NCBI GenBank assembly: GCA_963843375.1
Contig: CAWJKT010000028.1
Coordinates: 1 to 36,623, forward strand
DNA: 36,623 nucleotides
Source of the DNA: an uncultured Pseudomonadota bacterium
GTDB lineage: Bacteria > Oederibacteriota > Muellerivitia > Muellerivitales > Muellerivitaceae
Reading direction: 5' to 3'
A program made the translations under genes and the position numbers. The notes under the pieces are model-generated. The model was not told the DNA's origin, ran no database searches, and saw nothing but the letters and a program-made list of their open reading frames with translations. This document shows, piece by piece, positions 1 through 9,946 of the stretch (the stretch's first letter is position 1; every line of letters begins with the position of its first letter).

Positions 1-779
<779 letters not shown>

Positions 780-810
780 TTATCCATTCCTTCCTGGCGA
801 TCGCCAGCTG

Positions 811-2930
811 TCACTGGGATCTGCGGGTCGCCAGTTCCATCAAGAGTTTCATGCGTCCCCTGGGCCACGTCACGGTGATCTTCTTCCTCGGGGTGCAATT
901 GCGAATACTTCCCATCTTCGCTCAGTACCCACGGCCTGGCGGCGGTCCCGCAGGCAGATGTCAGGATCTCCCACAGCTTCTCTTTCGCTTCCTGCGCGAA
1001 GACCGGCGTGACGACTTCGACGCGTTTGGAGAGATTGCGATACATCCAGTCGGCCGAGCCGATGAAGAAATCGCCCTGAAGCGGATCTTCCCGCCCGGCC
1101 GCGAAATGGAAAATGCGGGAATGTTCCAGAAACCGGCCGATGATCGATCGGACCCGGATGCCTTCCGTGCGGCCCGGAACGCCTGGCCGCAGGCAGCAAA
1201 ATCCCCGGACGATCAGATCGATGGGCACGCCGGCCGCGGCGGCCTCGCACAGCGCCTCGATGATTTCCGGGTCTTCCAGCTGATTCATCTTGGCGATGAT
1301 GCGCGCGGGCAGACCGGCCCGCTTGTTGGCGGTTTCCCGCCGGATCAGCTCCAGCAGGCGCGGCCGCATGGTGGTCGGCGCCACCAGCAGATGCTGGCAA
1401 ACCGGCGCCTGCGAATGCCCCGTCAGGTAGTGAAACAGGTTGACCACATCGCGCGTGATCAGGGGATTGCAGGTGAACAGTCCGACGTCCGCATAAAGAC
1501 GAGCGGTGCGTACATGGTAGTTCCCGGTGCCGATATGCACGTAGCTCCGCAACCCGGACGCCTCCTTGCGAACCACCAGGGCCAGCTTGCGCGTGGGTCT
1601 TCAAGCCCTTGCACGCCGAAAGTGACATGCGCGCCCGGCCCGTTCCAGTTCCGCGGCCCAATGCAGATTCCGCTCTTCGTCAAAGCGCGCCTTGATTTCG
1701 ATCACGCAGGCGACTTGTTTACCGCTTTCGGCGGCCTTCACCAGCGATTTCACAAAAGGCGTGTCGTCGCCGATCCGGTAGGCGGTCATCTTCACCGCGA
1801 CCGTCTCCGGATCGTCGGCCGCGGCCGCGATGAAATGCTCCACGCTGTCCTCGAAGCTCTCGTATGGATGATGCACCAGAACGTCGCCGGCGCGGATGGC
1901 GGCGAAAATGTCGGGGCTGCTTTCGAGGGCCGGCGGCGGCAAGCGGATTCCACGCAGGATCCCTCAGCGCCGCGATCGGCAGGCCCGAGATCTGGAACAA
2001 CGACGTGTAATCCAGCTCGCCGGGCATGTCGTAGACGTCCGCCGGCGAGAGCTCGAAACCGTTGCCGCAGCATCTCGCGGATCGAGGGATCGGCGCCCGG
2101 CGCGAACTCGAGCCTGACCACCGGCTCATAGCGGCGCTGCCGGACTTGCTCCTGAACCACGTCGCGCAAGGGCTTCGTCGGATTCGTCGTCGATCTCCAC
2201 TTCCGCGTCGCGCGTCAGGCGAAACAGCGTGGTCCCGGTGAGCTTCATTCCGCCGTACAGCTTGTGGACATTGCCGCGAATCACTTCGTAAAGCGGCACG
2301 AAGACTTTCTGCCCGGCCGGCACGTCCGTCTCGAGCGCGATCCACTGCTTGAGTACCGCCGGCACCTTCACGCGGGCGTAGGACGCTGCATCACTTCTGC
2401 GGATCTTGCAGAAGAAAGGCCAGCGAAATCGAGAGATTCGAAGGAACGGAAACGCGTGCGCCGGATCGAAAACCAGCGGCGTGAGAGCCGGAGAGATCTC
2501 GGAATCGAAGTAGCGGCCGGCCTCATCCTGCTGGGCGGCGTCAAGTCGTGCCAGTTCCGCAGATGGATTCCGTGGCTCGGCCAGTTCCGGGACGAGCGTG
2601 TCGCGGAAACATTCGGCCTGGCGCTGAAGACTTTGGACCAGCCGTTCACGGACCTCTGCCGAGCAGCTTGATTCGTTCCGGCGCGGATCCTCTTCGCAAG
2701 ATCGCGATCCGCTTCATGAAGAATTCATCGAGGTTCGAGGTGAAGATCGCCAGAAACTTCGCCCGTTCGAGCAATGGCGTCCGCTCGTCCAGGGCTTCCG
2801 CGAGCACGCGGTCGTTGAAGTCCAGCCATCCCAGATCACGGTCGATCCAAACATCGGAAAGCGGCTCGGATAGTTCTCTGTTGAGCACGCCCTCGTCGCC
2901 GATCGACACCATAACCGCAGGAGAACTCAT
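811..2930 (-). CDS. ppk1: Polyphosphate kinase 1; split by many single-base indels
   Basis: Collinear fragments: [58 protein letters not shown] (phospho-His motif); [54 protein letters not shown]. Likely true stop TGA at 811-813 (..[12 protein letters not shown]). Confidence 0.93.
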
Positions 2931-3012
2931 GGTTTATTCCTTTGGAAAACCTTCATTATGTTCATCCCAGCTTGCATCCCTATGAACATGGCGTGTCAGT
3001 TTGGTATTTGTT

Positions 3013-3850
3013 TCACTTTCCGGCTCGCTCGCGGAGCAGGTCTTCCAGATCACCGATTTTCTCATTCATTAGATTCAGTTTCTGCGCTAACCCTTGAATC
3101 TCCCACTCCGCACGCCGATTGACGTCGAAGTCCAGCTCTCCTCGCAAACGATCCTTTTTTGTCCTGCCGGTTCTGACTCATCATGATGACCGGAGCCTGA
3201 ATCGCCGCGAGCATGGAGAGGAACAGGTTCAACAAAATGAACGGATAAGGATCCCAGGCGTTGTTTCCGAGGGCCACATTAATCGCAGAGTAAATCACCA
3301 GAACCGCTCCGAACAAAATGATGAAGCTCCAGGAGCCCCCGAATTGGGGCGACCCTGTCGCGATTTGCTCGGGCAGGGTGGTTTCCTCTTCGATGACCTC
3401 ATTCGGATTGCGCATCGCGCGGCTTCGGACCAGCTCATGGGCGGCGTGAATCTGGCGGCTTAATACCGTCAGTAGATCCATGCCGGCGTGGGGCTTGTGC
3501 TGCATCAGGGCAAAGATGTCATCGCGGTCAACCTCAATGCAGACGCTGGCTTCCATGGCAAGCGCATCGGTCCGGTGAGGCGTCTGATCGAACATGGACG
3601 CGAAGCCGAAGCAATCTCCGGGGCCGGGTTCCTCGACCACTACCTCCTGCTGATCTTGATCCACCGTAGAGACTCGTATGGAACCGGAAACCACCAGATA
3701 AGCCCGCCCGCCCGGCTCGCCGGTCTTGTAAATCCGCTGCCGTGCGGCGAAATTCTTTACCTCCGTTTGTCCCGCGAGAACCGTCAGCTCTTCATCATCT
3801 AAAAGCGCGAACAAGGGAACCTGTCTCAGTTCTTCCGGGTTAGATGTCAT
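3013..3850 (-). CDS. Cyclic-nucleotide-binding domain + DUF1003 membrane protein; frameshifted near the C-terminus
   Basis: N-terminal cNMP-binding fold (LRQVPLFALL..IYKTGEPG..YLVVSG..GPGDCFG). DUF1003 motif FGGSW..WDPYPFILLNLFLSMLAAIQAPVIMMSQNRQ. Shifting frame in the T-run at 3155-3160 gives DRLRGELDFDVNRRAESEI..RAGK* ending at 3013. Confidence 0.88.
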
Positions 3851-3983
3851 TTGGGTTAATCCTTTGGCGACTTGCAGTTGTGCTACCCGTCAGAATTCCA
3901 CAAGCGGGACTTGAAGACAAGGGAAATCCCGATGGTTTTGCGACGTACGGTATGGTTTGACCGTACTCGTGAGAAGTTCCTTT

Positions 3984-4013
3984 TGTAACTCTAAAGCCTG
4001 TTCACAACGTCTA
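3984..4013 (+). promoter_or_regulatory. Possible ECF-sigma promoter for the 4032 gene
   Basis: TGTAAC (3984-3989), 18 nt, CGTCTA (4008-4013), just upstream of the AGGA RBS and ATG 4032. Spacing is 1-2 nt longer than typical. Confidence 0.3.
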
Positions 4014-4031
4014 CAATAAGTTAGGACGTTT

Positions 4032-4652
4032 ATGCGGCACACTTTTCTGATCATGCTGATGGCTGGCTCTTGCGCATTCGGGCAACACGGCGGGCATGGT
4101 TCGGGCGGACGCGGCGGATATGGACGCGGCTTTCATGGCGGCGCTGTTGTTGTTCCTTATCCTGTTTATGGAGGTGGCGGATATTATTCTGGCTACGTCG
4201 CGCCGCTTGGGGATTATGGGTATGGTTATGATTCATCGTATGGGGCATATCCACAAGGCTCCGGATACTACGGCGATCCTGGCTATGGGGCGCCTGGTTA
4301 CGGTGACTCGGGTTACCCGAATCCATCGCAACAGCCTCCGATCGTGATCGTGAATCAAAACTACCGTCCTGATAGCCTGAATCCGGTGCTGCGCGATTAC
4401 TCTAACGTGCCCCTTCCCCCGCCGGGGATGCAGGGGCAGACGCAGGACGCTCCAGCCACAATCTATTTGATCGCCATGAAAGATCACACGATCTTCCCGG
4501 CGCTGGCATATTGGGTGGAAGGCGATACGTTGAACTACATTACGAGTGAAGGCGCACGCAATCGGGCTTCGCTAGCGCTCGTGGATCGCGACTTCTCGAA
4601 GCAATTGAACGACGAACGCCACGTCGAGTTCAAATTGCCGCCCGAGAAATAA
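4032..4652 (+). CDS. Secreted hypothetical protein with a Gly/Tyr/Pro-rich low-complexity N-half and a globular C-terminal domain
   Basis: Intact 206-aa ORF, AGGA RBS, signal peptide (..SCAFG-Q), GGY/YG-rich tract, C-terminal IYLIAMKDHTIFPALAYWVEGDTLNYIT domain. Confidence 0.8.
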   Translation: MRHTFLIMLMAGSCAFGQHGGHGSGGRGGYGRGFHGGAVVVPYPVYGGGGYYSGYVAPLGDYGYGYDSSYGAYPQGSGYYGDPGYGAPGYGDSGYPNPSQQPPIVIVNQNYRPDSLNPVLRDYSNVPLPPPGMQGQTQDAPATIYLIAMKDHTIFPALAYWVEGDTLNYITSEGARNRASLALVDRDFSKQLNDERHVEFKLPPEK

Positions 4653-7600
4653 ACCCGTAAGCCTAAAGCTAGTATCCCAAACCTGCGCGTAACTCACCGC
4701 TGGGCCGCCACTTGAATTGGCATTGATATTAAGCACAAAGCTTTGCCAATTCCCGCTTCCGTCCGTCACGCCGGCGGACAGCGATGCTCCCGAGAGGCTG
4801 ACGGCGGCTCCGCCGCTGTTTTCGATGCTGAGGACCCCCGTCGATTTCGTGGCTAAAATTTCGGTCAGGGTCGAATCGAATAACTGGGCTTGGAACACCT
4901 GGCTGATTCCCGCTTGGCCAACCGTCATGCCAAAACTGGCCCCAGTGAGAGTGACCGAATAAGAAAGATTTTCGTCTCCGGTGTTAGTGACAGGACCCAA
5001 CATGGTGGAAGAACCATTCGTCAAATCCAATAGATTCACAAAACTGACGACAGGGGAGGCCCCCGGGACATCTAAATAGGCATTGTAGGTAAAGGTTACG
5101 CAGTTCCCGTCTTCCGAGGCAGTCTGGCAGGTAAGGTAACTCTCTGCGAGGTATTCTTGTGCAGTTACAAGAGTCAGGGGTGAACCATTTGGAATTGCGG
5201 TGTCCTGCACAGCGCCGTTTGGACTAAATAAAGTTACCTTCAGGGTTGTCGCGGCCGCAGCGGTAATTCCAAAATCCCCAGCCGATAAGGTAACCCCGTA
5301 GCTGTTGGAATCGGTGCCCGTGTAGCTCCATGGGCCCACGGATACGGACTGGTTGTTTGCCATGTTGGTAATAGTGGCGTAACTCGTCTCGGGAATACCC
5401 GATGGGCCTTCGGCGTCAATATTCAGCAAGAAGCTTTGGCAACCACTGCCGTTCGATTGCAGGCAGGTAACCAAACTGGATGCGATAAAGGCCGAGGGAT
5501 GTTCCAGATTCAAGCTTCCCAAGGCTTTCGTGTCCAAAATCGCGTCGGTATTGGCGTCGATCAACTGCGCCTCAAACACCTGGCTTAAAGCCTGCTGCCC
5601 CACAGCCGTCACCCCGAACTGGTCGGGTGAAAGACTCCATGTGTTTTCGGCGTAATAGTCGGTAACCGTAACGGGACCCAAGACCACCGTGACGCTGTTT
5701 GAAAGATTAATGAGTTCGATCAGGCTTGTTACCGGAGTCGAACCCGGCGCGTATAACTCGGAATCAAAGTTAAAGTTGAGGCAATTCCCGTCTTCCGCGG
5801 TCGTCGCGCAACTTAAATAGTTATAGGTATAATCATCGTAATAGTAAAAATATTCTTCAGGCGCCTCCAAGGTCAAGGGGGACCCCAGTGGCGTATTGCT
5901 GTCCAGTATCGTTTCCTGATCCGAGCTGTACAAAATCACCTTCAGCGAGGTGTCCGTGGCGGTATTTACCCCTAAATCCCCACCTGTCAGGGTGACCGCA
6001 TAGCTGGTGCCGCTTCCGGTGTAGGTCCAAGGCCCAACCCACACGTACTGGCCGTTGGTCGTATTCGTCACGGAAGCGTAACTGGTCTCCATAACACTCG
6101 CGGGTGCGTCAGCGTCGATCGTCAGCAAGAAGCTCTGGCAGGCCCCATTGTTGCTGTCGGAGGTTAGACAGGTGATCGAACTGGAAGCGATATAGTTGGC
6201 TGGATTTTCCAAATTAAGGCTTCCCAAGGATTTCGTGTCCAAAATCGCGTCGGTATTGGCGTCAATCAACCGGGCCTCAAACACCTGGCTTACAGCCTGC
6301 TGTCCGAGCGTTACCCCGAACTGCTCGGGCGAAAGGTTCCAGGAGCTGTCCAAATACCCTCCTTCGGCCACGGTAACCGGGCCCAAGATTGCCGTCACAC
6401 TATTTGAAAGGTCGATGAGTTCAATCTCACTTGTCACCGGGGCGGAGACCGATGCCGCCTCCAATTCGGTATAAAAATTGAAATTCACGCAATTCCCGTC
6501 TTCCGCGGTGGTATCACAGCTTAAGTAGTTGTAGTTATCGCCATAGTAGTAGTAGAAATATTCTTCAGGCGCCTCAAGCGTCAAAGGGGACCCGCTGGGA
6601 ATTTTGCTGTCCAGGGTTGTTGCCTGGTCCGATTCGTACAAAATCACCTTCAGCGAAGTGTTCGTCGCGGTAGTGACCCCGATATCCCCGCCCGTCAGGG
6701 TGACCGCATAACTGGTCCCGCTTCCCGTGTAGCTCCAGGGCCCTACCCATACATACTCGCCACTCGTCGTATTTGTCACGGCTGCGTAACTGGTCTCCAT
6801 AACACTTGCTGGCGCGTCAGCGTCGATCGTCAACAGGAAGGACTGACAGGCCCCATTGTTGCTGTCCGAGGCCAAACAGGTAACAGAACAGGATTCAATA
6901 TAGTCCGAGGGATATTCCAAGTTTAAGCTTTCCAAGGATTTCGAGTCCAAAACCTTGTCGGTATTGGCGTCGATCAATTGCGCCTCAAACACCTGACTTA
7001 AAGCCTGCTGGCCAACCGCTGTTACCCCGAACTGCTCGGGCGAAAGATTCCAGGTATTGGCCAAATAACCATCGGTCGTGACAGGGCCCAGGAACACTGT
7101 AACGCCGTTGGTTTGGTCCGTGAATTGAATCAGGCTTGTCACGGGATTCGAATTAGGGGATTCCAATTCACTATAAAAGTTAAAATTCACGCAGTTTCCG
7201 TCTTCCGCCGAGGTAGCGCAGCTTAAGTAGTTATATTCATCGGCGTAGTTGTAGAAATACTCTTCCGGGGCCTCCAGTGTCAAAGGCGAGTCGGCCGGAA
7301 TGGCATAACCCAAGATTTGGTTTTGGCTCCCGTTGTAAAGAGTCACCGCCAAGGATGTCGAAACCGGGCTGGACAAGTAGAAATCCCCGCCCGTCAGGGT
7401 GACTGAATAGCTAGTCCCGCTACCGGTGTAATTCCAGGGCCCCACCCATACGCCCTCGCTGTTAGTGAGATCCGCAACATAAGCATAGCTAACCGCGGGA
7501 TTTCCATTTGAATTGGCGTCAATCGTCAGCACAAAGGTCTGGCAATTCCCGCTACCATCCGCCAGCAGACAGGAGACGGCCGCGGAAACGGTATAACCGG

Positions 7601-8747
7601 GAATGAAAGTAGCCGTGGGGATGGGGGTGGGGGTAATGGTGAAGGTGGTATTGGCGGTGGAAGTGTTCAAAGGCGTCGGGGTGATAGTCGGCGTATCGGT
7701 GATCGTCGGGGAATTGGTGAAGGTGGGAGAATTTGTTGGCGTAAAGGTATTCGTGGGAACATTGGTGGGCGTGGGCGGAGGGGCGGGACAATTCGTATTC
7801 ACGTCGGCTTGGGTGGGATCGTAGGCGTAATAGGGCAGGGTGGTATTCACCCGGAAAAGGAACTTGGGACCGGTGGGGCCCGGGGGAAATAGCCCGAAGG
7901 GTTGATTGGGATTGACCACTTGCACCCAGGCGTGGCCGCCCACCCCACCGGCCACCAAACTGACGCAATAAACATCGCCCGCCTGCAAGTAGGTGGGGGA
8001 AACCCCTGCGGCCTGTTTGGCAGCGATTGAGGAAGAAACAAAAGCCACCGTGGCCGGAACTGTATCGAAATTGACCATTGGACCGTTTCCAAGATAAGCA
8101 ATACCATCCCCGTTTTGGGCGGTAAAACTGAATCCACCCGAGAAGGTCACTGAAATATCCGAGGAACTCGTCAGGGAGGTAGAAAGAGCGTCAGACCAAA
8201 AAGAGAAATAGGTGGTAGTGGCGGTCACCCCTGCAGTGCTTACTCCGTAAGAGGATGTGTCTACCGAGTAGCAATTGCGGATCACCGATCCCATGGTCAC
8301 CCAAATGTCGCTAACTCCACCGGCGTTGATATCCGACTGCACGGCTCCCAGGGCGAGGGGCTGGTTGTTGGAAGCGTTGCTCAACTGGAAAGTCATCAGC
8401 CGGGCGGCGCCTTGGGGAATCGACAACGAAAAGTCCACTTCCCCTGATTGCGACGACGTGGTGAAAGGCCCCGCGACACCCGTAACCGCCGCCATGTCGG
8501 GCCCTGTCACCTGGTACAGGACCTCGTTGCTGGCAACCCCCAGAAGGCTATCTTTGACATCATTGGAAATCGGTATGGAAAAGGAAAGGGAAAGGCCCCT
8601 CACTGGCACCAAGGGAGCTGTTGGAGACATTTTCCCCTGGCACCCCCAATGGACGACGAGGGTCAATGTGCCGATAACCAATCCAAGGCCTCCCCCGAAT
8701 AAGGTTCTTCCTTGAAACCAGCGGTTCCAACGTTTCCCCGCGATCAT
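4572..8747 (-). CDS. Giant surface (lipo)protein with a Thr/Pro linker and ~9 tandem ~115-aa beta-rich repeats; apparently truncated at ~4668
   Basis: ATG 8747 overlaps the stop of the upstream gene (ATGA) and follows a GAGGT RBS. Basic N-region, hydrophobic stretch, then WG-C (atypical lipobox). Repeats are obvious in the translation. The last ~30 aa are read-through on the antisense of the 4032..4652 gene. Confidence 0.85.
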   Translation of the reverse strand: MIAGKRWNRWFQGRTLFGGGLGLVIGTLTLVVHWGCQGKMSPTAPLVPVRGLSLSFSIPISNDVKDSLLGVASNEVLYQVTGPDMAAVTGVAGPFTTSSQSGEVDFSLSIPQGAARLMTFQLSNASNNQPLALGAVQSDINAGGVSDIWVTMGSVIRNCYSVDTSSYGVSTAGVTATTTYFSFWSDALSTSLTSSSDISVTFSGGFSFTAQNGDGIAYLGNGPMVNFDTVPATVAFVSSSIAAKQAAGVSPTYLQAGDVYCVSLVAGGVGGHAWVQVVNPNQPFGLFPPGPTGPKFLFRVNTTLPYYAYDPTQADVNTNCPAPPPTPTNVPTNTFTPTNSPTFTNSPTITDTPTITPTPLNTSTANTTFTITPTPIPTATFIPGYTVSAAVSCLLADGSGNCQTFVLTIDANSNGNPAVSYAYVADLTNSEGVWVGPWNYTGSGTSYSVTLTGGDFYLSSPVSTSLAVTLYNGSQNQILGYAIPADSPLTLEAPEEYFYNYADEYNYLSCATSAEDGNCVNFNFYSELESPNSNPVTSLIQFTDQTNGVTVFLGPVTTDGYLANTWNLSPEQFGVTAVGQQALSQVFEAQLIDANTDKVLDSKSLESLNLEYPSDYIESCSVTCLASDSNNGACQSFLLTIDADAPASVMETSYAAVTNTTSGEYVWVGPWSYTGSGTSYAVTLTGGDIGVTTATNTSLKVILYESDQATTLDSKIPSGSPLTLEAPEEYFYYYYGDNYNYLSCDTTAEDGNCVNFNFYTELEAASVSAPVTSEIELIDLSNSVTAILGPVTVAEGGYLDSSWNLSPEQFGVTLGQQAVSQVFEARLIDANTDAILDTKSLGSLNLENPANYIASSSITCLTSDSNNGACQSFLLTIDADAPASVMETSYASVTNTTNGQYVWVGPWTYTGSGTSYAVTLTGGDLGVNTATDTSLKVILYSSDQETILDSNTPLGSPLTLEAPEEYFYYYDDYTYNYLSCATTAEDGNCLNFNFDSELYAPGSTPVTSLIELINLSNSVTVVLGPVTVTDYYAENTWSLSPDQFGVTAVGQQALSQVFEAQLIDANTDAILDTKALGSLNLEHPSAFIASSLVTCLQSNGSGCQSFLLNIDAEGPSGIPETSYATITNMANNQSVSVGPWSYTGTDSNSYGVTLSAGDFGITAAAATTLKVTLFSPNGAVQDTAIPNGSPLTLVTAQEYLAESYLTCQTASEDGNCVTFTYNAYLDVPGASPVVSFVNLLDLTNGSSTMLGPVTNTGDENLSYSVTLTGASFGMTVGQAGISQVFQAQLFDSTLTEILATKSTGVLSIENSGGAAVSLSGASLSAGVTDGSGNWQSFVLNINANSSGGPAVSYAQVWDTSFRLTGLFLGRQFELDVAFVVQLLREVAIHER
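4668..7600 (-). repeat. Intragenic tandem repeat (A-B)x4 plus a partial A, period ~702-708 nt
   Basis: The PLTLEAPEEYFY boundary recurs at ~7270, ~6568 and ~5860. A = C..C-Q(S/T)F(L/V)L(T/N)IDA..VGPW.YTG. B = YL(S/T)C.T..EDGNC..F..LGPVT..SQVF(E/Q)A.L. Confidence 0.95.
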
Positions 8748-9946
8748 AGGTCTACCTCGTAATGGGTTGCGAAGGTCCAATGACCGTAATCAACGTTCAC
8801 TCGGGTTAATAGTTGGTCTACTTCCGCGTTTTGCCAAACGACATAATCGTAACCCGCCGAAAATTTAAGATGGGAGGAAGCATCGAGTTTGAGTTGATAA
8901 GAAGGTTCCAGGCCCAAAAGCAAACCACCCCCGTCATAGAAAAAGTTGGTGGTGGGATAGTTGTTCGCCAAAATATATTTCGCCCGGGCTAAAACCGAGA
9001 AATCGCCGAAAGAATAACTGGGAGTTAAATAAAACCGGGTTCCAAGGGAATCACCGGACCCCGATCCCACCATCTGGGTCGGCAGGAAATACTGCACACC
9101 CCCCTCAATGGACAACGCCTTGGGATTTGACCAGCCGTAAGAGGCGTTCAGATTTGGCCCCATGGTCAGAAGATTGGAACCGTCGATCTGGGTGGGCAGG
9201 AAGTAAAAGGCCGAAAAGCGGATGATATCACTTTGGCCGTTACCTCGGTCCTGAAGCCGATTCAAGGAAAGGAATACCGAATCCCCTAGTTTCAATTGTT
9301 CGGCCGGTGTCCCTATCTGTCCATAATAGGGGTTGAAAGCTCCCGTATACATGTATCCGGCCGCAACGCCATACTGTTCCCCTCCTGCTTGAAGGGAAAT
9401 ACCGTAAAGCAGGTTCGTCCCGAATCCACGCCCGCGGTAGTCGCTGTCAATAAATTCCGTGGGAACGATAGAATAGGTTTGTTGAGTCTCCCAGGAGGAG
9501 TCACCCGTAGGAATGTTGATTCCGACGCTTAAAAGAGAGGGGAGATTAAAGCTTTTGAAATCGGTTTCCAAACCCACCACCGTGTCTGAAAAATGCCGCA
9601 AGGCCAGGGTTTCAGTTCCATCCTGCGAATCGGTGTAGTTTCCGGCGGCATATTCGGTTTGGGCATAAATTTTTCCGCCCTTCCAAGGGATAGCGGACAA
9701 GGTCAAGGGCGTCAAAAACTCCCAACCGTTATCAGGAAGGGGGCTGTTGGAACTCCAACCCACCCCCTGAACTCCAAAATCCAAAGACCCCCAAGAGGGC
9801 GAAGTTGTGGCCGGCGAACTTTCATTTTGCGCCAGAACGAATGTCCGACCCCCGGAAAAGGCCAAGGCCAAGAGCGCAAGAGAAACAATTCGAAGAATTC
9901 GAAACAAGAACGGTACCGTTGATTTCAGCTTTTGGACCGGGATCAA
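8744..9946 (-). CDS. Predicted outer-membrane beta-barrel protein
   Basis: Signal peptide (..FVLA-Q), alternating aromatic/hydrophobic strands throughout, C-terminal barrel-signal-like WTFATHYEVDL. TTG start overlaps the upstream stop (TTGA). Confidence 0.75.
   Translation of the reverse strand: MIPVQKLKSTVPFLFRILRIVSLALLALAFSGGRTFVLAQNESSPATTSPSWGSLDFGVQGVGWSSNSPLPDNGWEFLTPLTLSAIPWKGGKIYAQTEYAAGNYTDSQDGTETLALRHFSDTVVGLETDFKSFNLPSLLSVGINIPTGDSSWETQQTYSIVPTEFIDSDYRGRGFGTNLLYGISLQAGGEQYGVAAGYMYTGAFNPYYGQIGTPAEQLKLGDSVFLSLNRLQDRGNGQSDIIRFSAFYFLPTQIDGSNLLTMGPNLNASYGWSNPKALSIEGGVQYFLPTQMVGSGSGDSLGTRFYLTPSYSFGDFSVLARAKYILANNYPTTNFFYDGGGLLLGLEPSYQLKLDASSHLKFSAGYDYVVWQNAEVDQLLTRVNVDYGHWTFATHYEVDL

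Noticed and set aside
811..2930. Programmed frameshifting or a split ppk1
   Set aside because: There are too many scattered indels, also in neighbouring genes; sequencing error is the simpler explanation.
2958..2989. ATGTTCAT-N16-ATGAACAT inverted repeat upstream of ppk1 as a Pho box
   Set aside because: Pho boxes are 11-bp-period direct repeats; this is a short inverted repeat with no further support.
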